The notes under the pieces are model-generated. The model saw only the letters and a program-made list of their open reading frames with translations, was not told the origin of the DNA and made no database searches. 64,000 bases of DNA, from IMG/VR virus record IMGVR_UViG_3300042887_003526; one strand, given 5' to 3'. Positions within the stretch are counted from its first letter, which is position 1. The number at the start of each line of letters is the position of its first letter. The DNA comes from an uncultured virus (IMG/VR IMGVR_UViG_3300042887_003526) (taxonomy: Duplodnaviria > Heunggongvirae > Uroviricota > Caudoviricetes). Shown in pieces: positions 38,142 to 49,100 of the stretch. The position numbers and the translations under genes are program-made.

Positions 38142-40415
38142 TTAAATTGGATAGTCTGCATCCGCTACTATGTGATAAAATATATTATCATAATCAACAG
38201 CACCACCAGAAACACAAAGTTTTAATCCGTATTTTGTTGCATCCTTGAGTAGAGTATCGACACCCAATCGCGCAACTCTATTCTGTGAAGCATAACCAAT
38301 TGTACCTGAACTATTTCTAAGATCTCGGTTAGAAGATCTATTATATGCATCATTTGCGGTTCCTGTACTTGGGGAGTATATTGTCACGGTGGGTGTTGTT
38401 CTTAGTTCAAATGGCCATTGAAGGAATCTACATAGACCATTCGGAAGAACCATATGATGTTCTGTATTATATGTTGGTTCTTCTGTATTTATCATTGTAG
38501 TCGAACCTTGGGTCTGATCTAATGCATAAGTTGAGTAATAATATTTTCTGCAAATATTTAATCTCTCTTGTAGAGATTTATGCGTGTCATATGGCAAGGT
38601 CTGACTTCCCAGATAAACGCAGACAGATGCAATACTTGCATATAGATTAGTTCCCAAAGCAACCGAATTTGTATTTGCTTCGTTTATTAATGGTTTGAAA
38701 TTAAACCCAATTTCAAAATAATCATCTGCTAGAGCACTTCCCGGATTTGGTAAGGTTGGGACGGTATATTGAACAACATATTTTGTCCATGTTGTGTCTA
38801 ATCCGTGTTCTTCTATTTCGTTATAGTCTATTAAACTTGCACCATTATATCTTGAAATATAAGATGTAAGAGAATAGTCACTATACGAACATTTTGCATA
38901 GAAACTAAAAGTTATTATTTGAGAATCTAAACTTTTTGCATTTGGTATGACATGTCCAACAGTTAGATAATCTTTACCAAATCCATATGTTGCACCAGTG
39001 CCACCACTAAGTCCTAGTGCTTTAATATCAACATAATATTTGGGGTTTCCTTCTACGTCAGATTGTATATCGGCAAATGCTTGTCTTTGTATATAATAAG
39101 ATTTTGTTGCACTTCCACCAGATACACCATCATGTCTTCTCCACATGTCAGCGAATACTAGACTTCCTGTGCTAGTATACTGTGAGTCTCTTCCGGTACT
39201 TGGTCTTTGCCATATAGCAAAATCTCCATTTACTACCAGATTTTCTCCTTGACCTGATCCCGATGAAGAAGTTGCTAATGCGGCGGCACCAAGAAATCCT
39301 GATGCTTTCTTGGGATTATTTACTACTGTAAATCTATCTGCTGCATATTGTATACCAAATATTTTTCCGGGATATGTGGGTTGCTCTGACACTAAATTCG
39401 TAGGGTCTACGGATGCATTAAAATCTGTTTTTATATAATATACACCAACTGTGGAACTTCTAGCAACATCACCATTTGTTGCAATTTCTAGTAATGTATT
39501 TCCAAGACCATCTGTGCTTGTTCCGACAATTAGACCAACAACAAAGTCATCTTCATAACTCAATCCAGCGATACCCGAACTATTTGTGGATTTACTTAGG
39601 AACCAACCATTTATAAAAACTCTATTCGATCCTGTATCGTCTGAAATTGCTTCTGATAATTTTGGATTATATGAAATTGCTCGACCTACTGTGAATTGAG
39701 CAGCAGATGCCGTAGGTATGAGAGCATATATTCTATTAAGACCTGTAGCACCGGAAACGCCAGATGCACTCGAATCTAAATAGTGTCCTCTATATGGCAA
39801 CACCATACCTGAAGTTGCACCTAGACCTAGAAGAATTGGTTTTGAAACCTGACCTGTTGTGGTTGGTTCTGTTGGTGTTATTCCTCCTGTTACACTGGGT
39901 GAGAGGAAATAGAAGCAACCTGCGGAAAGAGTAGCTCCTGCATTTACTGAAGTAAAATCGCCATCTACTTTTCCTAGTATGGTAACATATACACCGGATG
40001 CATCAAGATTGGAGATTATTCCAATTGTTTCTGCGGCCGCCTGACTATTTGCTTTTCCTGCGGTATATCCGGTGCTTGTTATTCTTACCGGCATACCAAA
40101 ACTTATACCAGATGTACCAGAGGTCAATCCGGTTATTTTATAACTGACATTTGGAAGATCTACTAGACCCTTAAAACTAACTCCACCATTAAATGTCAAT
40201 CCAGATTGAATAACACCAGAAGTTCCACCGATACTGAGACTTAATAATCCACTTGTATTGGTTGAAGCAAGAATACCATCCCCACCAGTTGCACTATATA
40301 CCTGCAAAAGATTTAATTTTGCAATTATTTCATCGTTCTCTTTTACATACCAATCGTAAAAGGTGGTATTTCCCTGAAGAGTCGGTATTATATATGTGTT
40401 ATTCGTTACTGGCAT
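38142..40415 (-). CDS. putative baseplate-attached fibre/structural protein with a carbohydrate-binding-like domain
   Basis: N-terminal TF.DW....N..I; NLVVNGDFAIWQR...ADMW...TFSFYAK...W.KY...CRKYY motif common in phage tail proteins. Confidence 0.55.
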   Translation of the reverse strand: MPVTNNTYIIPTLQGNTTFYDWYVKENDEIIAKLNLLQVYSATGGDGILASTNTSGLLSLSIGGTSGVIQSGLTFNGGVSFKGLVDLPNVSYKITGLTSGTSGISFGMPVRITSTGYTAGKANSQAAAETIGIISNLDASGVYVTILGKVDGDFTSVNAGATLSAGCFYFLSPSVTGGITPTEPTTTGQVSKPILLGLGATSGMVLPYRGHYLDSSASGVSGATGLNRIYALIPTASAAQFTVGRAISYNPKLSEAISDDTGSNRVFINGWFLSKSTNSSGIAGLSYEDDFVVGLIVGTSTDGLGNTLLEIATNGDVARSSTVGVYYIKTDFNASVDPTNLVSEQPTYPGKIFGIQYAADRFTVVNNPKKASGFLGAAALATSSSGSGQGENLVVNGDFAIWQRPSTGRDSQYTSTGSLVFADMWRRHDGVSGGSATKSYYIQRQAFADIQSDVEGNPKYYVDIKALGLSGGTGATYGFGKDYLTVGHVIPNAKSLDSQIITFSFYAKCSYSDYSLTSYISRYNGASLIDYNEIEEHGLDTTWTKYVVQYTVPTLPNPGSALADDYFEIGFNFKPLINEANTNSVALGTNLYASIASVCVYLGSQTLPYDTHKSLQERLNICRKYYYSTYALDQTQGSTTMINTEEPTYNTEHHMVLPNGLCRFLQWPFELRTTPTVTIYSPSTGTANDAYNRSSNRDLRNSSGTIGYASQNRVARLGVDTLLKDATKYGLKLCVSGGAVDYDNIFYHIVADADYPI

Positions 40416-40418
40416 TTA

Positions 40419-41078
40419 TTATCCTATTTTAAGATTATTTAGGTACTGACAAACTGTAGTCGTTCCAACTGTTACCAGTTCTGCTATTGGTCTGGATGGA
40501 TTTGTTGAGACATCCAAAGAATTGTTTATTATTACTTTATATCTGTGTGCGCCGCATGAATTGCCGTTATTAAAACCAGCAGAATTGTCAGTAAAAACAT
40601 AACCTTCGGCACTTTCCGATTCACTACAAGGAATAAACTGAAAACTAAGACTAAACCCAATTTGCTGACCAGTAGTTGCAGCTGCTGTTAAATTATTTTG
40701 ATTATATAACCAATACTTCAAACCATTTCCCACAGTAACCAAGTACCAACCTGCTCCAACAGTAACTATACCATCTGCAAATGTTACAGCATTTGGATTA
40801 TATGGCACAGCACCATTCCACATTGGATATTTTAAAGTTGCACCCACTTGACCTACTTCCCCAGTAAGTGGCCAATTAGCAAACATGCCCTGAGTTAATG
40901 ATTGTTGAACATAAAAAGTTTCTTGTATTTCATTTAATTCGGATGCTTGGAGAGCATATCCGGGAGTAAATGCAATTAAAGGATAATTATATGGAGTTGC
41001 GCTATTTGCAGTTAAATTTGTAACTCTGCTATAATACGGACTAACTGATAAAGGTAAAATGGAAAATGGAAATGGCAT
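40419..41078 (-). CDS. short DUF4815/VrlC N-terminal-like baseplate protein
   Basis: SPYY...F.PGYALQASELNEIQ and GAHRYK; follows gp8. Confidence 0.6.
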   Translation of the reverse strand: MPFPFSILPLSVSPYYSRVTNLTANSATPYNYPLIAFTPGYALQASELNEIQETFYVQQSLTQGMFANWPLTGEVGQVGATLKYPMWNGAVPYNPNAVTFADGIVTVGAGWYLVTVGNGLKYWLYNQNNLTAAATTGQQIGFSLSFQFIPCSESESAEGYVFTDNSAGFNNGNSCGAHRYKVIINNSLDVSTNPSRPIAELVTVGTTTVCQYLNNLKIG

Positions 41079-41087
41079 TAATAATCC

Positions 41088-42812
41088 TTATAGTGCTTTG
41101 ATTGATGTTATACTAAAATATTTAGTATTTTCTGTATCGGTTCCAATGGATATTGGATCTATTTTTTTAACGGTTTCGGTAGAACCACTGTAAAATACTA
41201 AATCTGGTAATTCATACCCAGTAATTGGGTAATCCACACCCTCATATTCCAGTACATTCATATTGACAATTCCACGGTCATCTATTGTTTTTAATTTTAA
41301 TGTTGTATCTACAAATCCTGTTCCTATGCCGGCAACTTCAACATCAGCTAACTCATATGCCGCAATTGAACCACCTGACTTGAGAATTACAGTCTCGTTT
41401 ACTTCCGGTTCTGTTACCAGACCACTGACCGTGACCTTTACGACAGTTTCCGAAACCGATGATTTGTATTTACCAACAGAGGTTCCTGCGGTAGTGGTTG
41501 TATTTGAAATTCTTTCCAATGGATTTCTGACTATTCCATAGAAATTTATGCTACTTGGTATTGGTATATCGCTATTTGCTAGTTCGGTCAGTGAAATTCT
41601 TGCACTAGTTGATACATGTCTTGCATCTAGTGTCTTCACTGGATCAATTCCTAGACCATCTACTTCATCCAAATTGACTTCTATTGACGATACTAGAGTA
41701 GACGAACTTATGTTTTTCAAAACACCAGAAGGTACTTGTAAGTGAATATCCTTATAACCAGACCCTCTATTTGCCAATTCGATGCCTTCAATTACATATT
41801 CACCTAAAGAATTGACATATGTTTTTAAATTAATAGTTGCGTCAGTTCCTGTGCTACTTGTTATAGTCAGAGATGGATTTGCAGAAGTAACATACAAATC
41901 GCTTTCACTATAACTACTCAAATCTATTAAACAAGAAACTATCGCACCATCTTCTACGCCATTTTCTGTAGAATAATACAACCAATAATAGGGAGATGCG
42001 CTCGAAAGTATGCTTCTATCAATCAAATCTTTAACTTTTGATTGTGTCGTTGTAATTGATATTGTGCTATCGGGTGTAGAAGAACCAAAAAACTCAGAAA
42101 CATATAAACTTTCTGGATCTTGAAAAAGCATGTAGCACTGAGAACATGTCATGTTTGCTAATGTGGCATATAAATCGCCCTGTGCATATACTGTATCGGT
42201 TACTGAACTAAACGGAACTCTATAGTTTTCTTTAAAATATACGCCACAATTTCCCGTATTTGTTGGTGCTTGGTTGCAGAAATTGGAAAGTTCACCATAT
42301 TGATTCAATGATTCATCTTCCGAGAAATCATCCAATGAAACAACAGGAATCCAATTTGTAGATACAAACCGCAATAAAGATGGAGTTATCTTAAATAAAG
42401 CCAGCCATTCGTATCCATCTTCATACCGAGATATACCATACTCGTGATTAGGAATTGAAGTTGAAGCATTTTTTGTTTCTAAATCTATTCTGTTTAAATT
42501 GTTATTGGATATACAGAGATAAACAATTCCGTGTGTTTTGTTATAAACATAGTATTTCGAAGAATTGGTTTTTACTGATGACCAAGGAACATAAACATTA
42601 CTTTTTGCCCATGTGTAATTGGGAACAACAGCAACCGTATCTGCTCTGGAAATTTTGTACGCAATTTCAGAGTCCTTCCACATAGTAAGGGCAGCATCAT
42701 TTGTATCATTTGCTTGAATCGTGGATTGTGTAGATCCGAGCAACAAGTAAAGTTGTTCCTTGGTTGCTATTCTATTTAAATATGTTTTAACTGAATTTGA
42801 TTTTTTTAACAT
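41088..42812 (-). CDS. gp8: baseplate wedge subunit gp8
   Basis: VVP..TW....Y, YYV......VYLCISNN, P.H......DGYEW..LF, F....WIPV. Confidence 0.85.
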   Translation of the reverse strand: MLKKSNSVKTYLNRIATKEQLYLLLGSTQSTIQANDTNDAALTMWKDSEIAYKISRADTVAVVPNYTWAKSNVYVPWSSVKTNSSKYYVYNKTHGIVYLCISNNNLNRIDLETKNASTSIPNHEYGISRYEDGYEWLALFKITPSLLRFVSTNWIPVVSLDDFSEDESLNQYGELSNFCNQAPTNTGNCGVYFKENYRVPFSSVTDTVYAQGDLYATLANMTCSQCYMLFQDPESLYVSEFFGSSTPDSTISITTTQSKVKDLIDRSILSSASPYYWLYYSTENGVEDGAIVSCLIDLSSYSESDLYVTSANPSLTITSSTGTDATINLKTYVNSLGEYVIEGIELANRGSGYKDIHLQVPSGVLKNISSSTLVSSIEVNLDEVDGLGIDPVKTLDARHVSTSARISLTELANSDIPIPSSINFYGIVRNPLERISNTTTTAGTSVGKYKSSVSETVVKVTVSGLVTEPEVNETVILKSGGSIAAYELADVEVAGIGTGFVDTTLKLKTIDDRGIVNMNVLEYEGVDYPITGYELPDLVFYSGSTETVKKIDPISIGTDTENTKYFSITSIKAL

Positions 42813-42824
42813 TTTAATCTCGTA

Positions 42825-44042
42825 TTAGGAACCGCTACAACTACTTGAGGTGCAAGTTACTCCCTCGTTTGGACTAGTAAATCCACCAATAAAACACATT
42901 GTAAAAAAGTCGAATATATTTATATCATCAAAACGATACAATCCAGAGGAGCCATTCCAATTTGGAAAATGATATGTTGGCCCAGTAAAACCCAAAGTAA
43001 ACCCAGAACTAAACCCATTACAGCAAGTAAGACCATACAGAGTAATTCCAGTCATAGTTCCAATTGATGTGCTATAAGTTGTGCCTAATCTATATGGTGT
43101 GTAATTCTTGAGAGCAGGAAACTCGCAGATAAGATTGGTATCTTCTCCCTCACCTGGTCCAGCGTAATCGGAAATTTCCTTTTCAAATACAACCCTCAGT
43201 CCTGCCGGATGTAGGACTTCTTTGTACATATCCACATAAACATCTTTTTCCAAACCTGTTTTGAGCAGATAAGAGAAATCTTGTATCCAATCGCTGTCCT
43301 GTAATCTTGCCAAATTTAAAGAACTACCACCTAAATTATTGATAGATGAATAGTTTCCGGTATCTCCACCGAAGGTAAAAAGATCACTATAAAATTTACC
43401 ACCATTTAATCTTAAAATATTTTCTTTTGGAAAATATATTTTAATGTTGTTTTCATCTACCTCAAAAAGTGTTTTGAAGAAATAAATGATGGAATCTACA
43501 TTTGTCTTTCTTAAATAAAGATTCTTTCGTATATCTTTGATGAATCTTTCAAATGATACATCTGTTACATTATCAAGAACAGTTTCCTCTACGCCCGGTA
43601 CAAAGGAAAACAAAAATCTTTTATAGTATTCTCTTTTGGTTTTTTCTATATCAATTAGATCTATTAGTGCTTGTGATAAATCATATTGACCGCCGCCCTC
43701 AAGATCGCAGTACAACCAGTTATAGTATTTCTGTAAAAAGTCAAAAATACTTATTGGGGTCGTTTCTCCGTTGTTTATTCTTTCTTGCTTTTCATAAACA
43801 ACCCATAGTGGTATGTACCGACTGATATCAAAATTAGTTCCGCAAAATTGAGAATTTAATGAATAATTTAAATTTGGATTTTGATTTTGATTGGTTTCAG
43901 TTGTTTGTGTAGGCCCAATAGACTGGATTTCGTTTCTAGTATTATACCTGATATCCAAATCAAATAATTCATCAGCAATTGCCGTTGAAAGCGTTCGTAT
44001 TGCGTGATTTATATTCTCAGGATTTGGATTGATTACAATCAT
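42825..44042 (-). CDS. gp7: baseplate wedge protein gp7-like
   Basis: FLQKYYNWL, IK.I...Y..K....SI..FF..LF, LQDSDWIQDFSY, LHPAG; between gp6 and gp8. Confidence 0.75.
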   Translation of the reverse strand: MIVINPNPENINHAIRTLSTAIADELFDLDIRYNTRNEIQSIGPTQTTETNQNQNPNLNYSLNSQFCGTNFDISRYIPLWVVYEKQERINNGETTPISIFDFLQKYYNWLYCDLEGGGQYDLSQALIDLIDIEKTKREYYKRFLFSFVPGVEETVLDNVTDVSFERFIKDIRKNLYLRKTNVDSIIYFFKTLFEVDENNIKIYFPKENILRLNGGKFYSDLFTFGGDTGNYSSINNLGGSSLNLARLQDSDWIQDFSYLLKTGLEKDVYVDMYKEVLHPAGLRVVFEKEISDYAGPGEGEDTNLICEFPALKNYTPYRLGTTYSTSIGTMTGITLYGLTCCNGFSSGFTLGFTGPTYHFPNWNGSSGLYRFDDINIFDFFTMCFIGGFTSPNEGVTCTSSSCSGS

Positions 44043-45784
44043 GTTATTGCTATTCCCTCTTGATAGATATTCACTATGTTATTCAATGTAGAATTGAAAT
44101 TTTTGTTTTTAAATGGAATTGTGAGCACATAGGAAGTTTGAGCAATATCATAAATTTCAATTGTGCCTTTAGAAATATTTACTCTTCCAAAATCACCCTC
44201 AATTTCATTTCCAGTAGTAGTAAATGCTCGTAATGGAATGAACGAAGTTCTAGATGATGTTTGGTTGACTTTAATTCTCAATGTTCCCGAAAGACCATTC
44301 TTGAATACAAAGGTAGAAGTGATATCATAATCATCTATCAAATTTGCTTTAATTTCATTTCCAAATGAATAGGAATACTGACCATTAGATGGACTTTTTG
44401 TTTCTCTAAAATATAATTCAACTGAGTCCGAATTTAAACTAACAGAAGATACATTACTATCTGTTTCTGTTTTTATATCTGTAAAATTTAAATTCAAATT
44501 AAAAATATTGTTTTCAAGGAAATTATTACTTACATACGTTTTAACTTCTTCTAATTTTCTTTCTCTATCATTTTGACTTGCAAATCTATTATCGTAATTA
44601 AAAGTATATTTCATGAACAAATTGAACTGTTTTGGTTCAACATATTCCGGTAGAATGGTTATAACACATCTCTCCTTTAGGAAATCCAAAATATCTTGAA
44701 TGGAAGTCTGAGAAGTGCCGGGTCTTAGAGAAACAAATACTCTTCCGTATCTAGGAGGATATAGTTCTTCTCCACCAAATACAGAAAATTCATTTATGCT
44801 ATTTACCTTTTGCGCTTCAATTAAAAGTGCCTTTATGTCATTTTTAGTGACTGCTCTGCCTTGAGCAGAAAACAATTTTGGTGCTAGGTATTTAATCATA
44901 TCCAAAGATGGTTCATCCAACCCACCTTCCGAAGAATTCACCAAATTGACAACTAAGTTACCGAATTGAAAATTGGGATTAGTTACATTAAATATAAAAA
45001 TACCATTTGCTTTAGAACCACTTGATGTCAAATATCTTATTTTTATCTTATCTCCTAGTTCTAATGCCAATCCTAATTGATTATTTTTACCAAATTGTAT
45101 TGCAAATCCATCACTTAATCGTTCCACAAAATATATTTTTTGATCTACATCATAAGGGGATCCTATGTTGGAAGAAAGTTTCCATTCATAGAAAGAAGTT
45201 TCTCCGTCTTTTTTAACCTCAACCTTTAGAGTAGACAAATCTACATTTTTGTTTAGTATGTAATATTTTTGTTGAGTAAGATCAACTAGTGTTTCAACAT
45301 CGAAACCATCATCATCATTGTCTAGATAAACTAATTCTTTTCCTTCATATATTTCTATTTCTGCCGCACCATCGGTATTGACATTATAATCTTCTAATGT
45401 ATAAAAAGTATAGTTGACGCCATCCGAAGTTATTGCGCTAAATGTCTGGTGTTTACTTATAACGGTAGATGTTACACCCGTCAGTATTAATTTAGACTTT
45501 GATGTGGTTGGGCCAGGTACGGTATAACCAAGGGGTTTAACCAATGAAATTATGGAATCCAATCTCTGTGCAGAATCTAGGAACATTTCACTGGAAACCA
45601 TGTTCATGTAATATGCATAATAGAATGTATTATATGCCAGAAGATTTATCAAAGTTTGCATTGCGGAACCTTCGAATGCATAATCTTTGATTACTGGTTG
45701 TTGTTTTAGATAAGAAGTAAGATTCGATTTTATGCTATCGAAATCTAATGCTCCTAATTGGGGTGGTGTATTTGGATATGCCAT
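44039..45784 (-). CDS. gp6: baseplate wedge subunit gp6
   Basis: LDFD.IK.NL..YL, DY.FEGS, LLAYNT.Y, EMFLDSA, AP.....Q.RAVT..D, GGEE..PP.YGRVF.S. Confidence 0.95.
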   Translation of the reverse strand: MAYPNTPPQLGALDFDSIKSNLTSYLKQQPVIKDYAFEGSAMQTLINLLAYNTFYYAYYMNMVSSEMFLDSAQRLDSIISLVKPLGYTVPGPTTSKSKLILTGVTSTVISKHQTFSAITSDGVNYTFYTLEDYNVNTDGAAEIEIYEGKELVYLDNDDDGFDVETLVDLTQQKYYILNKNVDLSTLKVEVKKDGETSFYEWKLSSNIGSPYDVDQKIYFVERLSDGFAIQFGKNNQLGLALELGDKIKIRYLTSSGSKANGIFIFNVTNPNFQFGNLVVNLVNSSEGGLDEPSLDMIKYLAPKLFSAQGRAVTKNDIKALLIEAQKVNSINEFSVFGGEELYPPRYGRVFVSLRPGTSQTSIQDILDFLKERCVITILPEYVEPKQFNLFMKYTFNYDNRFASQNDRERKLEEVKTYVSNNFLENNIFNLNLNFTDIKTETDSNVSSVSLNSDSVELYFRETKSPSNGQYSYSFGNEIKANLIDDYDITSTFVFKNGLSGTLRIKVNQTSSRTSFIPLRAFTTTGNEIEGDFGRVNISKGTIEIYDIAQTSYVLTIPFKNKNFNSTLNNIVNIYQEGIAIT

Positions 45785-46170
45785 TAACGAGTCCTCTCAA
45801 TGCTTAATTTGACGCTATCTATCTTCTCAAAATTTATAATCTTGTATATTATCTCTATATCCACATTAAAATTTGTGCTTTCTATTATGACATCAGTTAC
45901 GCTAACTCTGGATTCATATAGACCAATTATGTTTGCTATATGTACTTTGTATTGTGCCAACTGGGAATCAATAATATTTTCAAACAATAGATCGTAGATA
46001 TATCCGGTAAAATTTAAATCAAATGGTCTTTCACCAGATCTAGTCAATATGATATTTTTAACGGATTCTTTGATGCACATTGCATCTTTTTTCAAATTTA
46101 TATCTTTAGTAAAGAAATTTTTACTTAAAAACATCGGAAGATCTGAAAAATTGTTCTGTATTATTTTCAT
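45784..46170 (-). CDS. gp25: baseplate wedge subunit gp25
   Basis: FSDL, IK.SV.NI.LT..GERPF, LLFE, YE.RV, ERTR. Confidence 0.92.
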   Translation of the reverse strand: MKIIQNNFSDLPMFLSKNFFTKDINLKKDAMCIKESVKNIILTRSGERPFDLNFTGYIYDLLFENIIDSQLAQYKVHIANIIGLYESRVSVTDVIIESTNFNVDIEIIYKIINFEKIDSVKLSIERTR

Positions 46171-46176
46171 TTCTTA

Positions 46177-46184
46177 TATTTATA
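46177..46184 (-). promoter_or_regulatory. late promoter TATAAATA (gp25)
   Basis: Exact consensus, 6 nt before ATG. Confidence 0.75.
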
Positions 46185-49100
46185 TCTTAAATGCCGTTAT
46201 TGGGCTTATTCCGATGTCTGGGGAAACGGGTAATGTATCTCTGCTCAGAACTAATTCCAAATATTGCACAGTTTCTCTCAGGAACTTGTAGTTCATACCA
46301 ATGACCATCCACTTTCCGCTTAATACCTTTTCTCTATTTAAATATAGCGTCGGTGTTTGTGGGTTTTCGTGATATATGCGAATTATGTCACCAATCTTAA
46401 CTTTATCTGTTGCTGCAACTGTTATCGACATCTGTTGACTAGACAGCTGATTCATAAGAGCAATTCGATTTAAAGGAACATGTGCTGGAGTTCCCCAGAA
46501 AGTGGCATAAGTTCTTGTATATTTTAGATATTCTGCGAATTTTTTGCCTATTTCTGGACAATTGCAACTGCATGGGTTATTTGGATCTGACCAAATACAA
46601 CCCAAATACTCTTTGCCTAAATTCTCTTCAATTAAATCACATTCCCTTATTTCATTGTATAGACTATAGAGTTCCAGATATGTGGGTTCTGGTTCTATTG
46701 GCATTTGGTCTTGTGCCGGACAATTGCAATATGGATTATCTTCCGAGCAACCAGAAGAATCGGTAATTCCCAAAGGATTTGCACAGGTAAACTTATTGCA
46801 GAGATTATTTGTCTTCGCATAAACCATAAATTGTGCAGCAAAATTTTGATCAAAGAGATCATAATTGGGTTCATTTATGGGCGGTGTAATTATTCCATAA
46901 TCTGTTTCACCGCTCAAATCGTATTTCCATAGATCTTCTGTGACTAAACCGGGTCTATACAGTGCATAATCGGCGGATAACCAATGCAAAACATCATTTG
47001 CAAAATACTGCTTCAGTTCAGGATACTTCTCTTCTATAGAAGCATCTGTGTGTGGTAATATATTTTCGGATTCTCCATCCAGTGCTCTGCTCTTAATAAA
47101 TTTACCATTAAGATCATATTCATTCAATAGTTGTATGGTATCTCCACCATAATTGAGTTCAATCCAGCGAGAATCAAAACGATTGTTATTAGTAATTGAT
47201 TGTTCGTTTGTATTAGTATTATACCAATAACCATAGTTATTAGTATTATTTGAAACAGAATAATCTAAAAGAGGACCTCTATATGTACCAAGACCAAACC
47301 AAGCATCAGAATTATAACCATAAAAACTATTAAAAGAAAATTGATTTAATGTACCACTTGCATATCCAAGACTTGGATTGAATAATTTATTTTTAACAAA
47401 TAGATTTGTCGGAATATAGAAAGACCACCAAGATCTATGTGGTTTTATTTTTTTATGGGAAGACATCAAATAACCACTACCTAGAGCAGTTTGCTTATAT
47501 TGAGAGTCTATACCCTTTGATTCAAATCCCGGATTTTTTGAATTTGGTCCACCACGTTCCCAATAATAATATTCAAAAGAATATCCATCTTTGACTTGGG
47601 GTATACTTGTTTCTATATCTGTTGTATAATACGGAGTCTCTACATTAAAACCTTGTTCTGGCCAAAGATCCATACCAGCATCGCTCAAATCTGAACCAAA
47701 ATTAATGGGTGAGTATTTGTTCCACCAAGAATATTCTCTTGCTTCGTACCTATTTTCTATTTTTTGTTTCTTAACTGCAACATCAAATCCATATGGATCC
47801 ATACCAATAATGGCAATGTTATTTCTTACTGTTTGTCTTCCATTTGGTCCGGCAGTTAATTGAACAAGATATGGTAAGAAATATTCGGAACCTGAATCAC
47901 GAACAAATCCATCTGGGAAATCAGCAATTCGATCCAGACCTATTGGACTAATAAATTCTATTCTTACATATGAACTTATTTCTTCCTTTTTAATATTAGG
48001 TGGTTTCTTTTCAGATATATTTTCATCAAAAATATTAAATGCATTTATAAAATCATCTTCGACTATAGGTTGCATATATTCTAGATGAGTTAATGCATAT
48101 CCCAAATTAGTGATATTTAAATCTAAACCTTCCATTTGTTTTTCTGTTGCTATAACAAAGGCGGTTTGTTTTTGTTGTCTGTCGCTTAGTGGTAGAACAT
48201 TATCGGTCTGCCATGGTTTATTATTTAAAGGATTTGCATCGTAATATTCATACCAATAATTTAATTTTCTTTTTGTAACAAATGCAGATTTACCATATCG
48301 TGTGTCATATCCCTGACTATAATATGGGTGATTGTTTTCTTTTTCCCACCATGTTTTTCCATTTTCTGGTTTATAGTCATTTGGATTATTTTCTGCATTA
48401 TTTGCAAAGTAAATATCGTATAACCACTGGCCGGCCGAAGCACCAGTTATACCCAATTTAGACTTTGCTAGTATTTCGTATCTGCTTCCTTTTATTTCTT
48501 TTCTCTTTATTGATTTTATATTTTGTAAGGAAAGTGGTTGAATTAATTTATTTTGTCTACCTCCAGTTATTCCAGTAAAAATACTAGTTCCAACTGGTTT
48601 GGAAATAAAGAATGCTTTTCTATTCCACCACTCAGAATACATCTCTTTCCATTTTGGTATGAAGGTATCTCTTGCCAAATTTCTGAGATAAACGTATAAA
48701 TCTCTTTCAAATTTTATAATTTGTATTTCCTGCTCACCTATTCGTTTTTGAATTTCTATTATCAGAGGTTCAAAACATAATGTATTGAAACAGTTTCCGT
48801 CGTCAATGCACTGTCTTAGACTCCTAGATGCTTCTTCGTATTGTGATTCTATTCCATCAGGCACAGAATACGGATCATTACTCAATTGATTGTAATATAG
48901 ACCCTCTAAAATACCACTAGTTGAAATGTTGTATTTTAATGGTTCTATAAAGAAAACTTCATCGGCAAATGTTTGATTTGTACCTGATCCGTAGTTTGTC
49001 AGTCTAAATGTATCTAAATTTCTTACAATATGTGCCGTTCCTGGCATATATTTTTCTTTAGAGCATCTACTAACAAAATCAGGTATTGGTTTGGTTGGTT

